This document shows positions 1-12,762 of a stretch of 64,000 bases of DNA, in pieces. Made by a program: the position numbers and the translations under genes. How positions within the stretch are numbered: position 1 is the first letter of the stretch; every line of letters starts with the position of its first letter. The notes under the pieces were generated by a model, which searched no databases, had not been told where the DNA came from, and saw nothing but the letters and a program-made list of their open reading frames with translations. This DNA is from Neovahlkampfia damariscottae. Taxonomy: Eukaryota. Where the stretch lies: the NCBI GenBank assembly GCA_016618085.1, contig JABLTG010000011.1, forward strand, positions 124,001 through 188,000. The letters are read 5' to 3'.

Positions 1-1484
1 CAAAATTCATTTTAAAATCATGGAATTCTTTTTCAGAAGAAGAACAAAACCATTATGAAAAAAACGTCGAAAAATTATCAGAAAAATTAGCAAAAGACCA
101 AAAAGATATTCCTCAACATGAAAACTATTATATTATAATTCATTGTGGATGTAGTAAAAAAACAGCAATTTGCAATAATTGTTTTCCAAAGTTTCAAAAA
201 TATTTTGATGAAAATGTGGATACTATTATTAATAATTTATTAGATAGTAATTGGAATAATATCAAAACTTCACGTAAAAATTACAAAAAACATACTTCAA
301 CTGAAAACATTGAATCAGAAGAAACTGCAGTAGCACAACATTATGAAGATTTATTTTTCAAATATTTATTTCTCAAAAAATTTGAATTATGTAAATTTTT
401 ATATTTAAATTTATTTCAAATTGATATTGATCAAAATCAAATTTCAAATTCAAATTATTTTTTTATTTCTGGTAGTTTAAATAAATTACCTTTAATTTCA
501 GTTAAAAATACATTTTTAAATTATCCATTAACAGAAAAAGTTTATTCAAAATTAAAAGAATTTTCAAGTAAATCACCATTTGGATTAAAAGAAAAAACTA
601 TTTTTGATGATTCAATTAGAAATTCATTTGAAATTGATTCTAAAGATATTTCAATTTCAAATGATTTTGATTTAACTAATTCAAATGAATTTGAAATATT
701 AGAAATTATTAGAAAACAATTAGCACCAAATTCAAAACAAATATCAGCTGAATTATATAAAATGGTATTATATGAAAAAGGAAGTCATTTTAGTGTTCAT
801 AAAGATACTTTAAGAAGAAAGAATCATTTTGCAACGTTAGTTTTATTTGTACCTTCAAATTATGAAGGAGGTGAATTTATATTAGAACATAATACATTTA
901 AAAAAGAATTTGATTTTTCAATTCAAAAAGATAATGAATTAAAATTTAATTGGTTAGCATTTTATACAGATTGTGATCATGAAATTAAAGAATTAAAAAA
1001 TGGAAATAGAATTACATTGACTTATAATTTATATCATAATGAAGAAGAATCTTTTAATTTCAACGAATTAAAATCAAGTTCAGAATATGATAAGATTTAT
1101 AAACCAATTTGTGATTTATTGAATGTTAATCAAAATATATATTTTATGCTTTCTCATTTTTATTCAAAATCAAGTTTAAAACCAGAATATTTAAAAGGAA
1201 GAGATTTAGAATTTTATTTATGGTTAAAATCAAAATTTGAAATTGAATTTTGTGATTCTTTATCATTAAATATTTCAGTTATTTCAGAAACTGAAATACC
1301 AAATATTGAAGAAAATAATTATGGATGTAATTTAGAAAATCCAACAATCATTCATCCATTTATTGAAGCAAATCTACCATTATTAAATTATAGTGGAAAT
1401 ATTGGTACTTTAGGTAATTTTGGTGCAGAAGAACTCTTTTTATATTATGTATCTTGTGGTATTAGAATTATTAAAAAACTTTAA
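1..1484 (+). CDS. 2OG-Fe(II) oxygenase superfamily protein (5' end outside window)
   Basis: Frame open from position 3; HxD motif (HKDT), distal His (DCDHE) and Arg (GNRITL) of the double-stranded beta-helix fold. Confidence 0.8.
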   Translation, partial: KFILKSWNSFSEEEQNHYEKNVEKLSEKLAKDQKDIPQHENYYIIIHCGCSKKTAICNNCFPKFQKYFDENVDTIINNLLDSNWNNIKTSRKNYKKHTSTENIESEETAVAQHYEDLFFKYLFLKKFELCKFLYLNLFQIDIDQNQISNSNYFFISGSLNKLPLISVKNTFLNYPLTEKVYSKLKEFSSKSPFGLKEKTIFDDSIRNSFEIDSKDISISNDFDLTNSNEFEILEIIRKQLAPNSKQISAELYKMVLYEKGSHFSVHKDTLRRKNHFATLVLFVPSNYEGGEFILEHNTFKKEFDFSIQKDNELKFNWLAFYTDCDHEIKELKNGNRITLTYNLYHNEEESFNFNELKSSSEYDKIYKPICDLLNVNQNIYFMLSHFYSKSSLKPEYLKGRDLEFYLWLKSKFEIEFCDSLSLNISVISETEIPNIEENNYGCNLENPTIIHPFIEANLPLLNYSGNIGTLGNFGAEELFLYYVSCGIRIIKKL

Positions 1485-1494
1485 TTTTTTATAT

Positions 1495-2752
1495 TCAAAT
1501 GGATGATCTTTTGAACATTTTATTTAATCTTATCTTTAAAAAAAGTGATTTATAAATTAAGAATCTTATAATTCTTAAAAATTTTTTAAATCTTCCAGTC
1601 TCTTTTATATATTCATTTGAAAGTGATTTTGAATAAGTGTCTAATATTTTTGGTTCAACTTTTCTTAATTCTTGATATTCTTTTAATGATGATTCAATAC
1701 TTTCATTTTCATTGGACAAACATTTTGCTAAAATAAATCCATCTTCGAATGCAACAGTTGGTTTTTGAAATCCACTTGGATCAATTGAATGTGCAGATTC
1801 ACCTACCAATGCAATATTTTTTGTAACAAATTCATCAATGATATTATCATAATATGCTTCAAAATCAAATTTAATTAAAGTATCTCTTGACATTTTGGCT
1901 TGAGAAATTTCAGATAAAAGGTTTTCAATTCCATATCCTGACCAATTTTTATGCATTCTATCAAATTGAGAAATTAATGAACTTGTTTTTTTTCTTCCTG
2001 AAATGAATGGGAAAAACCAAGTTGATTCAACTGAAATATATTCATCAGAAATTGGATAAACTTGAACTTTTCCAACACCACCAAACCATTCAATAGTTTT
2101 ATCTTGATAATCCATATATGAAGGTACTTTTAAAATTGTTGAAACTTTTTCAATTTTTCTTGGAGTGGATGTTGATTTAAAAAATTCTTTTCTAATTTTT
2201 GATTCGACTCCTTCAGCACCAACTAAACAATCATATTCTTGTTTAATGAATGATTTTCTAAATGAACAATCCCATTTTCCATCTTTATTTTCAGAGTACT
2301 TGACAGTATCATTCATAATAAGTTTTCCATTTGGTAATTGTTTAAATTTGTCCATAAGAATTTGAATTAACATTTTTTCACTAATGCCAATAAATGGAAA
2401 TTCAAATGAATTCAAATTCATATCTAATAATGAATTTCCAGTGTGAGTTTTAATTTTGTATTCATTTATTTCATGTCCGTATTTTTTAACAGTTGAAAGT
2501 AAGCGTAATTCGTTCAAAATTTTTGTTGCGTTTTGTGGTAAAATTATTGATCTTCCTTCATATTTTGATAAATCACGTTCTTGTTCAACAATATCACAAT
2601 GTATATTTTTCATTTTGAAACTTAAAGATGTTGCCAATCCTTCAAGTGTTAAACCTAAAACCAAAACTTTTTTCTTTTTAAAAAGTAAATTTAATATAAT
2701 AAGTTACCTGTTTTTGTACCGTAGAATAAAATCTTCTTGTTAATCTTTTCAT
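1495..2752 (-). CDS. FAD-dependent monooxygenase-like protein with degenerate FAD motifs, probably mitochondrial
   Basis: ATG 2752 (MKRLTRRFYS, presequence-like), one short intron; VLVLGLTLEG, LVGAEGVESKIR and LVGESAH align with the GxGxxG, DG and GD fingerprints. Confidence 0.7.
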
Positions 2753-2817
2753 TATTCTTGTTGTTGGTCTGAGTTTGAGAAGAAAATTGACCAATAAAAA
2801 AAAAATTTATAAATTAT

Positions 2818-3312
2818 TTAAATTTTTGGAGGAAGATAAAACTGATCATTGTTTCTCATGTTAATAACAGTTTCTTCGTTTTCTTCACTCAATAAAGGTT
2901 CTTTTGTGCTTGAAGTTTTTTCTTCTTTCAATCTTTCTTGAAACTTTTGACCAAATGGTTCATCAACTTGTAAAACATTTGGCACTTCTACATCTTCTTC
3001 CTTTACAAATTTCATTATATCAATTTTTTCTTCTTTTTCGTATGGTAATTTTTTTAATCTTTCAGAAAGAGAATTTTCAGTTTTATTACCCATTTCTACA
3101 TAACCACCACCTTCATTCATCCATGAATCATTTTGAGTTGAATCTTCTTGATCAACGGCATTTTCTCTCTCTTCTGTATTCAAAATTGAATGATATTCTG
3201 CCTCTTTAGATAAACTGTAGTTTTGAGAAATTGGTTGATATATACATTTATAACCAACTGGTATCAATGCTAATGATCCAGTAAATACTATAGCACCTAT
3301 AACCCACTCCAT
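2818..3312 (-). CDS. Hypothetical protein with N-terminal transmembrane anchor
   Basis: 164-aa ORF, hydrophobic N-terminus, ATTGG motif at 3337. Confidence 0.6.
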   Translation of the reverse strand: MEWVIGAIVFTGSLALIPVGYKCIYQPISQNYSLSKEAEYHSILNTEERENAVDQEDSTQNDSWMNEGGGYVEMGNKTENSLSERLKKLPYEKEEKIDIMKFVKEEDVEVPNVLQVDEPFGQKFQERLKEEKTSSTKEPLLSEENEETVINMRNNDQFYLPPKI

Positions 3313-3359
3313 CGTGTCTACCTAATGTTTGATTTTATTGGATAAACTTATTGTTCATT

Positions 3360-4486
3360 TCATTGGTTTATTTCATCCATCAAAAATTTTTCTAAATTTG
3401 ATTCTTTTTGATTTTTGAATATCTTTTTTGACATTTCTTTTGTTTCTATCAATGTTAGTTTGTTAAAATTATTTTCAATCCATTCAATTTCTTCACATGA
3501 TTCTTTAGCATTTTTTGAAAATATTTTGAAAGAATTTGAAAATTCTGAAACATTTAGATACACATTTCTCAAATTTTCAAATGATTTTAAAAGTGAATTT
3601 TCAATTTCTTCAAAATTCTTGTTCAATATTTCATCTTCATTTTTTGATTTTTTTAAATTTTTAACTTCAATTAAATTATTCATATTTTTAATTTCATTTG
3701 ATATTTCATTGAATTTAGATACAGAATATTTCATTTCTTTTGATATTTGTTGATACAATGGGAGCTTGAAAATAGATTTAAAAAAAAAAAATGTCAAACT
3801 TGAACTTTCATAATTTCATTCAAATTTTCAATGTTTTGATACTTTTTTGATTCTTTTTCTTCTTGTACCCTTTGAAATATTTCAAAAATTTCGTTCTAAA
3901 ATTTTAATTTTATTTTTAGTTTACTGTTGCTTGATTTTCAAGAGTTTGGAAATATTTATCCAATTTTTGATTCATGAATTCCATTTGAAGTAGTTTATTT
4001 TCTAAAATAAATAATTCAGTTATTTGATCTTGGGATGATTTTTTATCTCTTTTTGTTTGAACTGTAGAAATGGAACTAATATTTAAAGATTGATCCAAAA
4101 TAGATTCTGTTTTGATACGCTTGGATACATTTGTATAAATTGAAGAGTTTGATCTTTTTCTCATCGGTTTTTCCTTTTGATTAATAAAATTTTTTCAATT
4201 AATTTACTTTTTTCTTTTCATTTTCATTAAAAATAGTTGAAGTATTAAAAGAAGTATCAAGTTGTTGAGAAGTATTCAAAAAAGATGTTGAAGAAGTATT
4301 CAACAAAAATTTTGACTCTACAGTCTTGAATTTTTGTGTATTCGGTTTGGATGGATTTATTTTTTTTGTTGATGATAATTTGGATTTATCTTTTGTTTCT
4401 CTCTTTTTTGATGTCGTTGTTGTTGTTGTTGTAGACATGAACCTTGATGCAACATGAACGACTTTTTTCTTTTTTTCTTTATCCAT
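3360..4486 (-). CDS. HAUS8/AUG8 (QWRF)-like augmin subunit, multi-exon
   Basis: N-terminal VASRFM motif, Ser/Thr/Lys-rich linker, LENKLLQMEFMN resembling the QWRF motif, coiled-coil C-terminus; ORFs joined by short introns. Confidence 0.5.
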
Positions 4487-4542
4487 TCGTCCAATGATCT
4501 GCTTGGAAAAAAATTGGCGGGAAATTTATTGAAACGAAAATT

Positions 4543-6906
4543 TTATTTTGGTTTATAATCAACAGCATAGAAATATAATAACTCTCTTTCATTTTCTCTT
4601 CCTAACATTGAGAACCTTTGTGTAATTTTATATTTTGATTGATCTTCCAATTCTTTCATTTTCTTGATGGATTCTAAAAATTTTTGATCATGTTTTTCAA
4701 TTTTTAATTTTGGTGAGGTCATTGATTGAGAAATAAACAAATCCTTATTTTGCTTCACAATATAATCCAAAGATTTAACTTTTTCAATTGGCAAATTCAA
4801 TAATTCTGCTTGGTTGAAAATGAATATTCCTTTTTGAGCAACATTAGTTTCCGCAACCTTTTTTGATGATCCTTCATCAATCGCAACCAAATAGTTTCTA
4901 AAATATAAACCCATTATAAATATTTTTTTTTCGTTTGAATCTACACTTCCTAATACTTCATAAATTGGAAGTTCATTAGCAAATTTGAAGTATTTTTGAT
5001 AATTTTTTTGTAATATTGATTTAGTTGGATCAATTCTAACTTTTGTTTCATCTTTGAAAAATGAAGCTAATAAATTCTTTTCAATGAAATTATTTTTAAT
5101 ATCCAAAATAAATGGATCTGAATAATTTGAAAATCCTCCTTGATCAAGATAAATAGCACCAACAATAGATTCAAAAATATCGGAAATATATTTTTTAACC
5201 GACTGTGATTTATTTGATTTGGTTTGATCAAAAATATTCTGATTTTTGGTTCTAACATATTTTTGTAATTTAATTCCAGCTGGTTCTAATGTTACATTGG
5301 ATACTAAAATTGATTTTATGTCAGCCAATTGATTTTCTGATAATTCGGGAAACTTTTGATACAAATAAACTACTGAAACGAATTTTAAAACAGTATCTCC
5401 TAAGAATTCAAATCTTTCATAATTAAATGCTACAAAATTGTTGATCAATTGAAATAATTTTTTACGATATTCATCATCTAAAAATGATTTTCCATGAGTC
5501 AATGCTTCCAATATGATAAATTTGTTGTTGAATTCAAATCCTAAATCTTTTTCTAATTCACTTATTTTTTTAAAATGAAATCTAATTTTTTGTTTATCAA
5601 CTCTGTTTATCACAGTTGGATTTTCAAATGTATGCTTTGAATAATATTTGAGTGAATTGGATGTATAGTTAGAAATCATCTCATCTACAAGACAAAGAAT
5701 ATGTTTTTCAATGAAATTCTTGGCAATGGATATTCCTTGATCAAGAAATAAACCACCAATGAATGCTTCCAAACAATCTGCATTTGGTTTTTTATTATAT
5801 CCAATATTTCCCATTATTATATCTGTGAAACCTAAATAAAATCCAATATGACTTAAAGTATCATTTTTTGTAATCAAATGATGTAATTTTGTCATTGTTC
5901 CTGGTGAAGAAGTGGTTAAATTATCAAAAAGTGATTGTGAAACAATAAGATCCAAAACAGCATCACCTAAAAATTCCAATCTTTCATTGTGAAATTTATT
6001 TCCTTTAAAATTATAAATTGAAGGTTTGATAAAACTAAAAGTTAAAATCTTTAAAATAATACCATTGACGGAGTAAAATTTGACTATCAAAATGAATTCC
6101 AATTTTATTTTGAAATTCAATCAATTTTTGATGATGATCAGATGCTATTTGCAAATATTTATGAACCTTCTTCACCATTTCAAAATTTTCGAATATAATT
6201 TCGCAAAATTCAGGTGCCAACAGAACTTCTTCAGTTTTTTTGAAAGGTAATGCTCTAATCAATGGTTGTGCCGAATCTTCTATTGATTTCTCATATTTTT
6301 CTTTGACAAATTTTCTGATTGAGTATTTTTCTTCCGAATTTGAATATGAAATGAGTGGATCATCAACAGTATGTTTTGAATCAAATCCTATGAATCTATA
6401 TTTTTGATGATGTTTTAGATTATAAGTTGTTGTGAGTATCATATTTTCAATTCTTGAAACGACATTGTTTATTTTCAAACTACGAATTAATTCTAAAATT
6501 GATTTGTTGGCGATTTGATTATCATCATTGATATTTAAAGCTTTAATCAAGCCTTCAAATGTATTTTTTGATGGATTCAATTCTAATTTTGATTCTTTAG
6601 AGTAATTCATTAAAGTGAAAACATTTGACTCCTTGAAGTTTTCAGAAATACCTGCAAAATATTTGTTCAATGAATGGAGTTGTAAATAATCTTGTTCTTT
6701 AATTTCCTATTATTTTGAATTAAATTTCAAATCAAAAATTTTACAATTTCTGCAAAAAACTTCAAAGAAAATAAAACAAGTTGTTGTTCGATAGTGCTGT
6801 GGTAATTTCTATCTGGTACATACAGTTTGTGTTTACTCAGAATGAAGAGGCCAATTATTGGAATTTTTTGATTGAACTTCACCTCATACAACAAAAAATT
6901 CTCCAT
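4543..6906 (-). CDS. Drosha/Dicer-like RNase III (PAZ-like, RNase IIIa, RNase IIIb, dsRBD); 5' end uncertain
   Basis: HNERLEFLGDAVL and YERFEFLGDTVL signatures, ADCLEAFIG and SDIFESIVG, C-terminal dsRBD, PAZ-like QPLI...LAPEFC; 28-nt intron 6035-6062 joins two ORFs. Confidence 0.85.
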
Positions 6907-7198
6907 GATTTGTCCAATTAAATTGAAACACTCAAATAAAACATTTATATTATTGATCCTTCAGAATGGAACAAAAATATTTTAATTCTTGATTTCAATG
7001 AATTTGAAAATTACAATTAGTGAACTTTCAATACATTTCTTAGATTAAATAATTTCTACTCTCCAATCATGCAAAATTTCTATTAACTCCAAGTTCCAAT
7101 GAAACTCAATCTCACTTCAAGTTTTCCTCACTTTTCTTTGAAATTGTTATTTGTTGTTTGACGGACTTCATCCAATCAAAGAGATCACAAAAAATAAC

Positions 7199-7863
7199 AT
7201 GGACTTGCCACCAACTCAAATTGGTGCGATTATTTTCAATATTTTGACTATGATATTTGTCATATTTTGTTATATTGCTTCATTTTTATACTATTTCATC
7301 CGTAAAATTGCTCACCAAAAAGATATTGATGATTTTTATTTTATTACTCCAAGTTTGTTTTATCAATGTTGGTTTCATGGATATGATTCATTAACTGTAA
7401 ATAAAACAAAAAGAGAAATATCTTTGAAACAAAGTAGAATTGGTTTTTGTTGCTTTGATACTACAAAAAAGAAATTATTTTCAAAATTAAAATCTTTTGA
7501 AACAAAGAGATGCAAATGGTCTTTGTGGTATATTTTATGGTCAATTATTGTTGGTTGTTGGGTTGGATTGTATTTACATTTCATTCCATGTTTCGGAGTT
7601 TGGAGTTGTGATGGAAGTCCAAATGATAGAATTCAAATAAGAGGAGCAATTTTGTTCACTTCTTTGGCTTTATCCATGATTTTTTTATTTGTCATTTCAT
7701 TCATTCCAGTTTTTTTTTTTTTTCTAAATCCTAGTTTTTGCGACAAAGAAAATTAGAATTGACCTTTTTGGGTGATGAAAGAAAATATTATTTCCTTATC
7801 ACTGGAAATAATGAATTGTTGTTAAATTTATTGAATGATATTGTCCAAGAAAATCAAACTTGA
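7199..7863 (+). CDS. Hypothetical multi-pass membrane protein
   Basis: Three hydrophobic segments; ~26-nt intron near 7709-7734 extends the ORF to TGA 7863. Confidence 0.55.
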
Positions 7864-7946
7864 AGATGTTTTTTTGATTAAAATAAAAGGTCAACTTGAT
7901 TTGAAAAAAAGAATAAAGTTTTTTACAAAAGGAATAATTCCATTTA

Positions 7947-8410
7947 TTAATTCAATTTAAGTGGATCAGATGTAAGCCATTCATTTTCGTCTTTCTCTGC
8001 TTTCCATCCACATTTACCTTTTTCAAAAAAAAATTAGTTTAAAAAAAAACAATACATGTTGCTTTCCATTTTTGTTGGAATCTTCCACCTTCACCACCAC
8101 CCCAGTAAGCATCAAGAAAAATGACAGTTACATCTTTATTGTTGATACATTTTTTGCATGTCCATTCGTTTTTAAAATGTGCCAATTTTGGGTGAACTGT
8201 GGCCATAATTTTTCCTCCTTGGGTCCATTTGTAACCATCCTTTCCAGTCCATTTTTCTGTTTTGTTTGTGTAAGTTGTTTGTTCGTTGAAGTTTCCAGAA
8301 CAGATTTTTGATTGATTTCTATCATTTTCTTTACTATTGAAAACTTATAAGTGACTCATAAAACCTTACGCTTTCTTTGCTGATTCTTTTCCGAGATTGC
8401 ACTTACCCAT
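7947..8410 (-). CDS. Small putative zinc-binding, possibly acylated protein (missed by ORF track)
   Basis: Spliced model MGKCNLG...WTCKKC...YWGGGEGGRFQQKWKATCKCGW...*, two short introns, ATTGG at ~8446. Confidence 0.55.
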
Positions 8411-8740
8411 GTTGTTTTTAATTCGAAGGAAGGAAACAATTAATGATTGGACAAAAAAATAAAAAACTGACAAATGGTTTTATCAATAAATTTTCGGTTT
8501 GTTATTGCGTCACAAATTCAACTGGTTCAATTTTTTTTTTCGGAGTTGAAATTTATTTTTAGATTGAGAAATCAATTGTTCAAAAACTGTTCATTTACCC
8601 ATTGATAATCAAAGATATAAATTATTAGAATATTTCAAAGACAATTAATATTTTGATTATTTTTTTTCTCTTCGTGTTTCAACAGAAAATCTGATCTGTT
8701 ATTTTAATTCGTCAATACTTCATCCAATAAAATTCTCAGA

Positions 8741-10497
8741 ATGTCCACAACCGAAGTCGTTGTTTGTGGTAAGTTTATAAATTAGTAAGTTTTTAGAACA
8801 CTGTGAAGAACACCCTGCTACATGTTGTTGTGAAATATGCAAAACTAAGTTTTGTGAAGAATGCTTTTCAATAATTCACAAATCAAAAAGAATGGTCTTA
8901 CATCAAAAGTATGATGTCAACCATGAACTATTACCAAATTGTCCAAAACATGTTGAAAAAGATTGTGAACTTTTCTGTTTTCAAGATAAAAATATGATTT
9001 GTTCAATTTGTGCTGTAACGGACCATTTGAATCATCAAGTGATGCCAATAAAAGACGCTGCAACTCAATTCAAACAAGAGTTAAAGAATTATGATTACGA
9101 TACTATCTCAGGAGTCATTTTAGAAAATATTCAAAAATCCATTGAAGAAATAAAACAAAACGAAAAAAGATTGGAAGATTTAAAAAAAAAATATGAAACA
9201 GAAAAAACAAAACTTGAACAAGAAATTGTCTTTTCAAAAAAAAAGGAAGAATCAAATCGTGTTACACTAAAATCCATCAAAGAAATTCAAGAAACGGTTA
9301 AACAAGAAAAAAATATGCAAAAAATTCTTCAATGGAACGTTTTAGTATCAAATTATACTCAATTCCTTCAAAATATATATGGTTGGGGTGAAAATACAGA
9401 AGGACAACTTGGCATTGAAGAAACTGACAAATTAGATCCACAAAAATTATCTTTGACCTCAGCTCAACAATTAACATGTGGTTTTCGTCATACACTTGTA
9501 TTATCAAGTAAAGAAATAATTAAATCTAAACCTTTTTTTTTTTTTAGATGGTTTTGTATATACATTTGGAGGTAATAATAATGGTCAACTTGGTATTGGA
9601 AATTGTGATAACACATCAAAACCTCAAAAATTATCATTTTCAAATGTAGTAGCAATAGCTTCTGGTGGTAATCATTCATTTGCAATTTTAAAAGATGGAA
9701 CTGCTTATGGATGGGGTTTAAACGATAATGGAGAACTTGGAATTGGAAGTAAAGATAAACAAACAACTCCACAAAAATTACCACTGGAAAATGTAAAAGC
9801 TATTTATTGTGGATTTAATTTCACTTTTGCAATTTTAAATGATGGAAGTATTTATGCATTTGGTGGAAATTCTGAAGGTCAACTTGGAATTGGAAATCAT
9901 ATTGATCAAAAATCACCTTGCAAAGTTAAATTAGATGATAAAATTATTTTAATTGCTTGTGGAAATCGTCATGCAGTTGCATTATCACACGATAATCAAG
10001 TATATGCTTGGGGTTGTAATACTGAAGGACAACTTGGTCTTGAACAAACAAAAAAATTAATTAAATCTACATCACATAAAACAATGGATTCTGTGGATCA
10101 TCATCAATTGAATGTTCCAAATAAATTATCTTTACCATTATCAGGTATTAAATCAATTGTATGTGGTTATTATCATACTATTGCATTATTAAAAGATGGA
10201 ACTGCTTTCTCTTGGGGATCAAATAATGCTGGTCAATTAGGTATTGGACATAGTGATCATGAAAAACAAGCAAAACCAACAAAATTATCAATTTCAAATG
10301 TTTCTCAAGTTGTATGTGGTCATAGACATACTCTTGCTTTGAAAACTGATGGTTCAGTTTTTGGTTGGGGATATAATACACGAGCAGAACTTGGAATTGG
10401 AAATAAACAAAATCAAAGTGCTCCTCAAAAAATAGCATTGAAAAATGTAAAATTTATTGCATGTGGAGCAAGACATTCTTTTGCGATTTCAAATTAA
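8741..10497 (+). CDS. B-box + coiled-coil + RCC1-repeat protein
   Basis: Two B-boxes, repeated WGxNxxGQLG RCC1 units; introns 8769-8796 and 9508-9547. Confidence 0.85.
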
Positions 10498-10512
10498 TAA
10501 ATTTGATATTGA

Positions 10513-11097
10513 TCAATTTTGATTGAAATAAATCCATTGTTTTGGACATTCATCTTTTTTTGTGTTATTGAATATTACACTTTCCTTGTTGACAAATTTT
10601 GACAATCCAAATTTAACGATTGAAGAAGTACATTCACCTTCCATTACTAATAAACCTGATCTCGCTCTAGTTGATAAAATATAACCATCTTTCAAAATAT
10701 GTGCTAAATAAAAAAATAAAAATGGAAGCATCAAAAATCCAATCAAAAAAAAACAAGAAATAATAATAAATGAAGTGATACAAATATATATAACTATCAA
10801 TCCTGTTCCTTTCTGAATTTGACCCATAAATATATGTCCCAGACCTGATAAAAAAATTGATACAATTTTTGACAAACCTGGTATGAAACAATTGAATAGA
10901 GTTGTCAAAATTGGATGTAAATAAGTGGGCTCAATCCATAAGTTATATATTTTTGTTTCTTTGGTTTTTTGATTTTCTTCCAATTTTTCTTTGGCAGTAA
11001 TTATTATTTCTTCTGGATTTTCGTTTTCATTTTCTTCCAATAGTTGAGAGTAATATATCGCTTTTTGAGTGAATTCATTTTCATTCTCAGCAAACAT
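10513..11097 (-). CDS. Small membrane protein (TM2-like)
   Basis: IPGL..GLGHIFMGQIQKG followed by hydrophobic helices. Confidence 0.55.
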   Translation of the reverse strand: MFAENENEFTQKAIYYSQLLEENENENPEEIIITAKEKLEENQKTKETKIYNLWIEPTYLHPILTTLFNCFIPGLSKIVSIFLSGLGHIFMGQIQKGTGLIVIYICITSFIIISCFFLIGFLMLPFLFFYLAHILKDGYILSTRARSGLLVMEGECTSSIVKFGLSKFVNKESVIFNNTKKDECPKQWIYFNQN

Positions 11098-11242
11098 TTG
11101 AACTAAATTAGTTTCATTGGTGGAATAACATTTGAGTTTTATTTTTAAATTATTTTTATTCTTTTTGGATTAATAACATGATTTTTTATTGTAGTATTCT
11201 CAACATCAAATACTTCTTTATTATTGGTTTAACAATAAAAAT

Positions 11243-12567
11243 ATGTCTGCACAACAAAGAATTGTACCTCTTGTTGATAAATTGATAATAGATGAACAAA
11301 CAAAGAACATCACTGAAGTACCATCTGATATATTCCAAAATATGAAAACCAGTGAAGGTTTGAAAAAAAATATTTAAAAAGAATGTCAGGTGTGTCTATA
11401 TCAGAGTTGAATAAACAAGGAATGAAAGTACTACTATTCTTTACATCTCATATTGGTAATACTGAGATATTCAAATTTAAATTCAAACTTAGGGTGTATT
11501 TTTTGTCAAGGAACTTTAAATGATATTTATCATTTGAAAGGTAATCATTAAAAATAATAAAAAAATAAGATCAATTAATGCTGTTAAATGTTATACCAGT
11601 AATTTGTCATCATGAAGATAACGCAACTTATGAACAGTTTTTGAATGAAACACCTTCAAAACAGAGATTCAAAACTTTTGCTCATTTAGAAAGAAAAAAA
11701 TGGAATGAATACTTTAAAATGGAATCTGTTAAAGATTTAGATTTAACATTTGATATTGCAATGAAGAATGGAGGTGATAAAGAAACAGAAAGAATCATGA
11801 AAGAAGATTTAAAATTACAATATGAAGTATTGACTGAAGGTAATATTTAAAATATTAAATTTCAAAAGAAACTGTTGCCTTATTAGCTGCTGTTTTTGTT
11901 GTTTCCAATGAAAAAATTATTTCCGAATATAGAAAAGAACATAAACATCAAAGATTTGATATTGCAACTGTTTGTATTGATTCAAATAATGAAAATAATA
12001 TTGGAATTGATTTACATACTTCACTTTTTGATTGTGAATTAATCAAAAAAACAAAACCAAAACCATTCATTTTCAAAAAAAAAATATTTGAAGAAAATGA
12101 AAAAAATCAAAATCATTCAAAATGTATTGAAATACCAATAAATTTTGTATTATTAAATTCTAATTATTTAAGATTGTAAAAATTATTCAAATTTATATTT
12201 TTTTTAAAGTTTTAAATTATTTTGCACAAAACAACATTGTGTTGAAAATATTATTTTTTTTGAAGAAATTTTGAATTATAAAAAATTATCTACTAAAGAA
12301 AGACAAAAGAGATCACAACAAATTTTTGGTGTATTTTTTAATGAAGATTCAATTTATGAATTAAAAATTGAAAAAAAAATGTTAAAATTAATAAAGAATG
12401 GATTGAATGAATCATCTATTGAATTATTTGATGAATATTTAACATATTTAACAGATAATATTATTATTGATATTTATAAAAGATTTAAATTATCAAATTC
12501 TTATCAATCCATGATTGAATTTGGAAAGAAAAAAAAGAATATATTATTCATAAATGAATCAAAATAA
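11243..12567 (+). CDS. Thioredoxin/AhpC-TSA-like domain fused to an RGS domain
   Basis: Spliced model (about 5 introns): GCIFCQ CxxC early; C-terminal FCTKQHCVENIIFFEEILNYK typical of RGS. Confidence 0.6.
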
Positions 12568-12579
12568 AATATATAATTA

Positions 12580-12762
12580 TTATAATTCAGTATACTTTTC
12601 AATGATGATTTTGATTTTTCAATTGGATATTTTAATTCATTTTTTTTAACTTAAATTAATATTACATCTATGTGATAAATTTATTATTTCTTTTTTTTTT
12701 TTTTTTACTAATAATACATCTGATAATTCTTCACCTAAATGTTCTTTCTCTTTTGCATCTGA
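12580..12762 (-). pseudogene. Degraded dCTP pyrophosphatase (DCTPP1/MazG-like) remnant
   Basis: Fragments EKEHLGEELSDVLL, LSHRCNINL, KKNELKYPIEKSKSS, KYTEL* in shifting frames; no N-terminal half or start found. Confidence 0.55.

Noticed and set aside
20..58. ATG at 20 as start of the 2OG oxygenase
   Set aside because: Out of frame and stops after 12 codons; the true frame is open to the window edge
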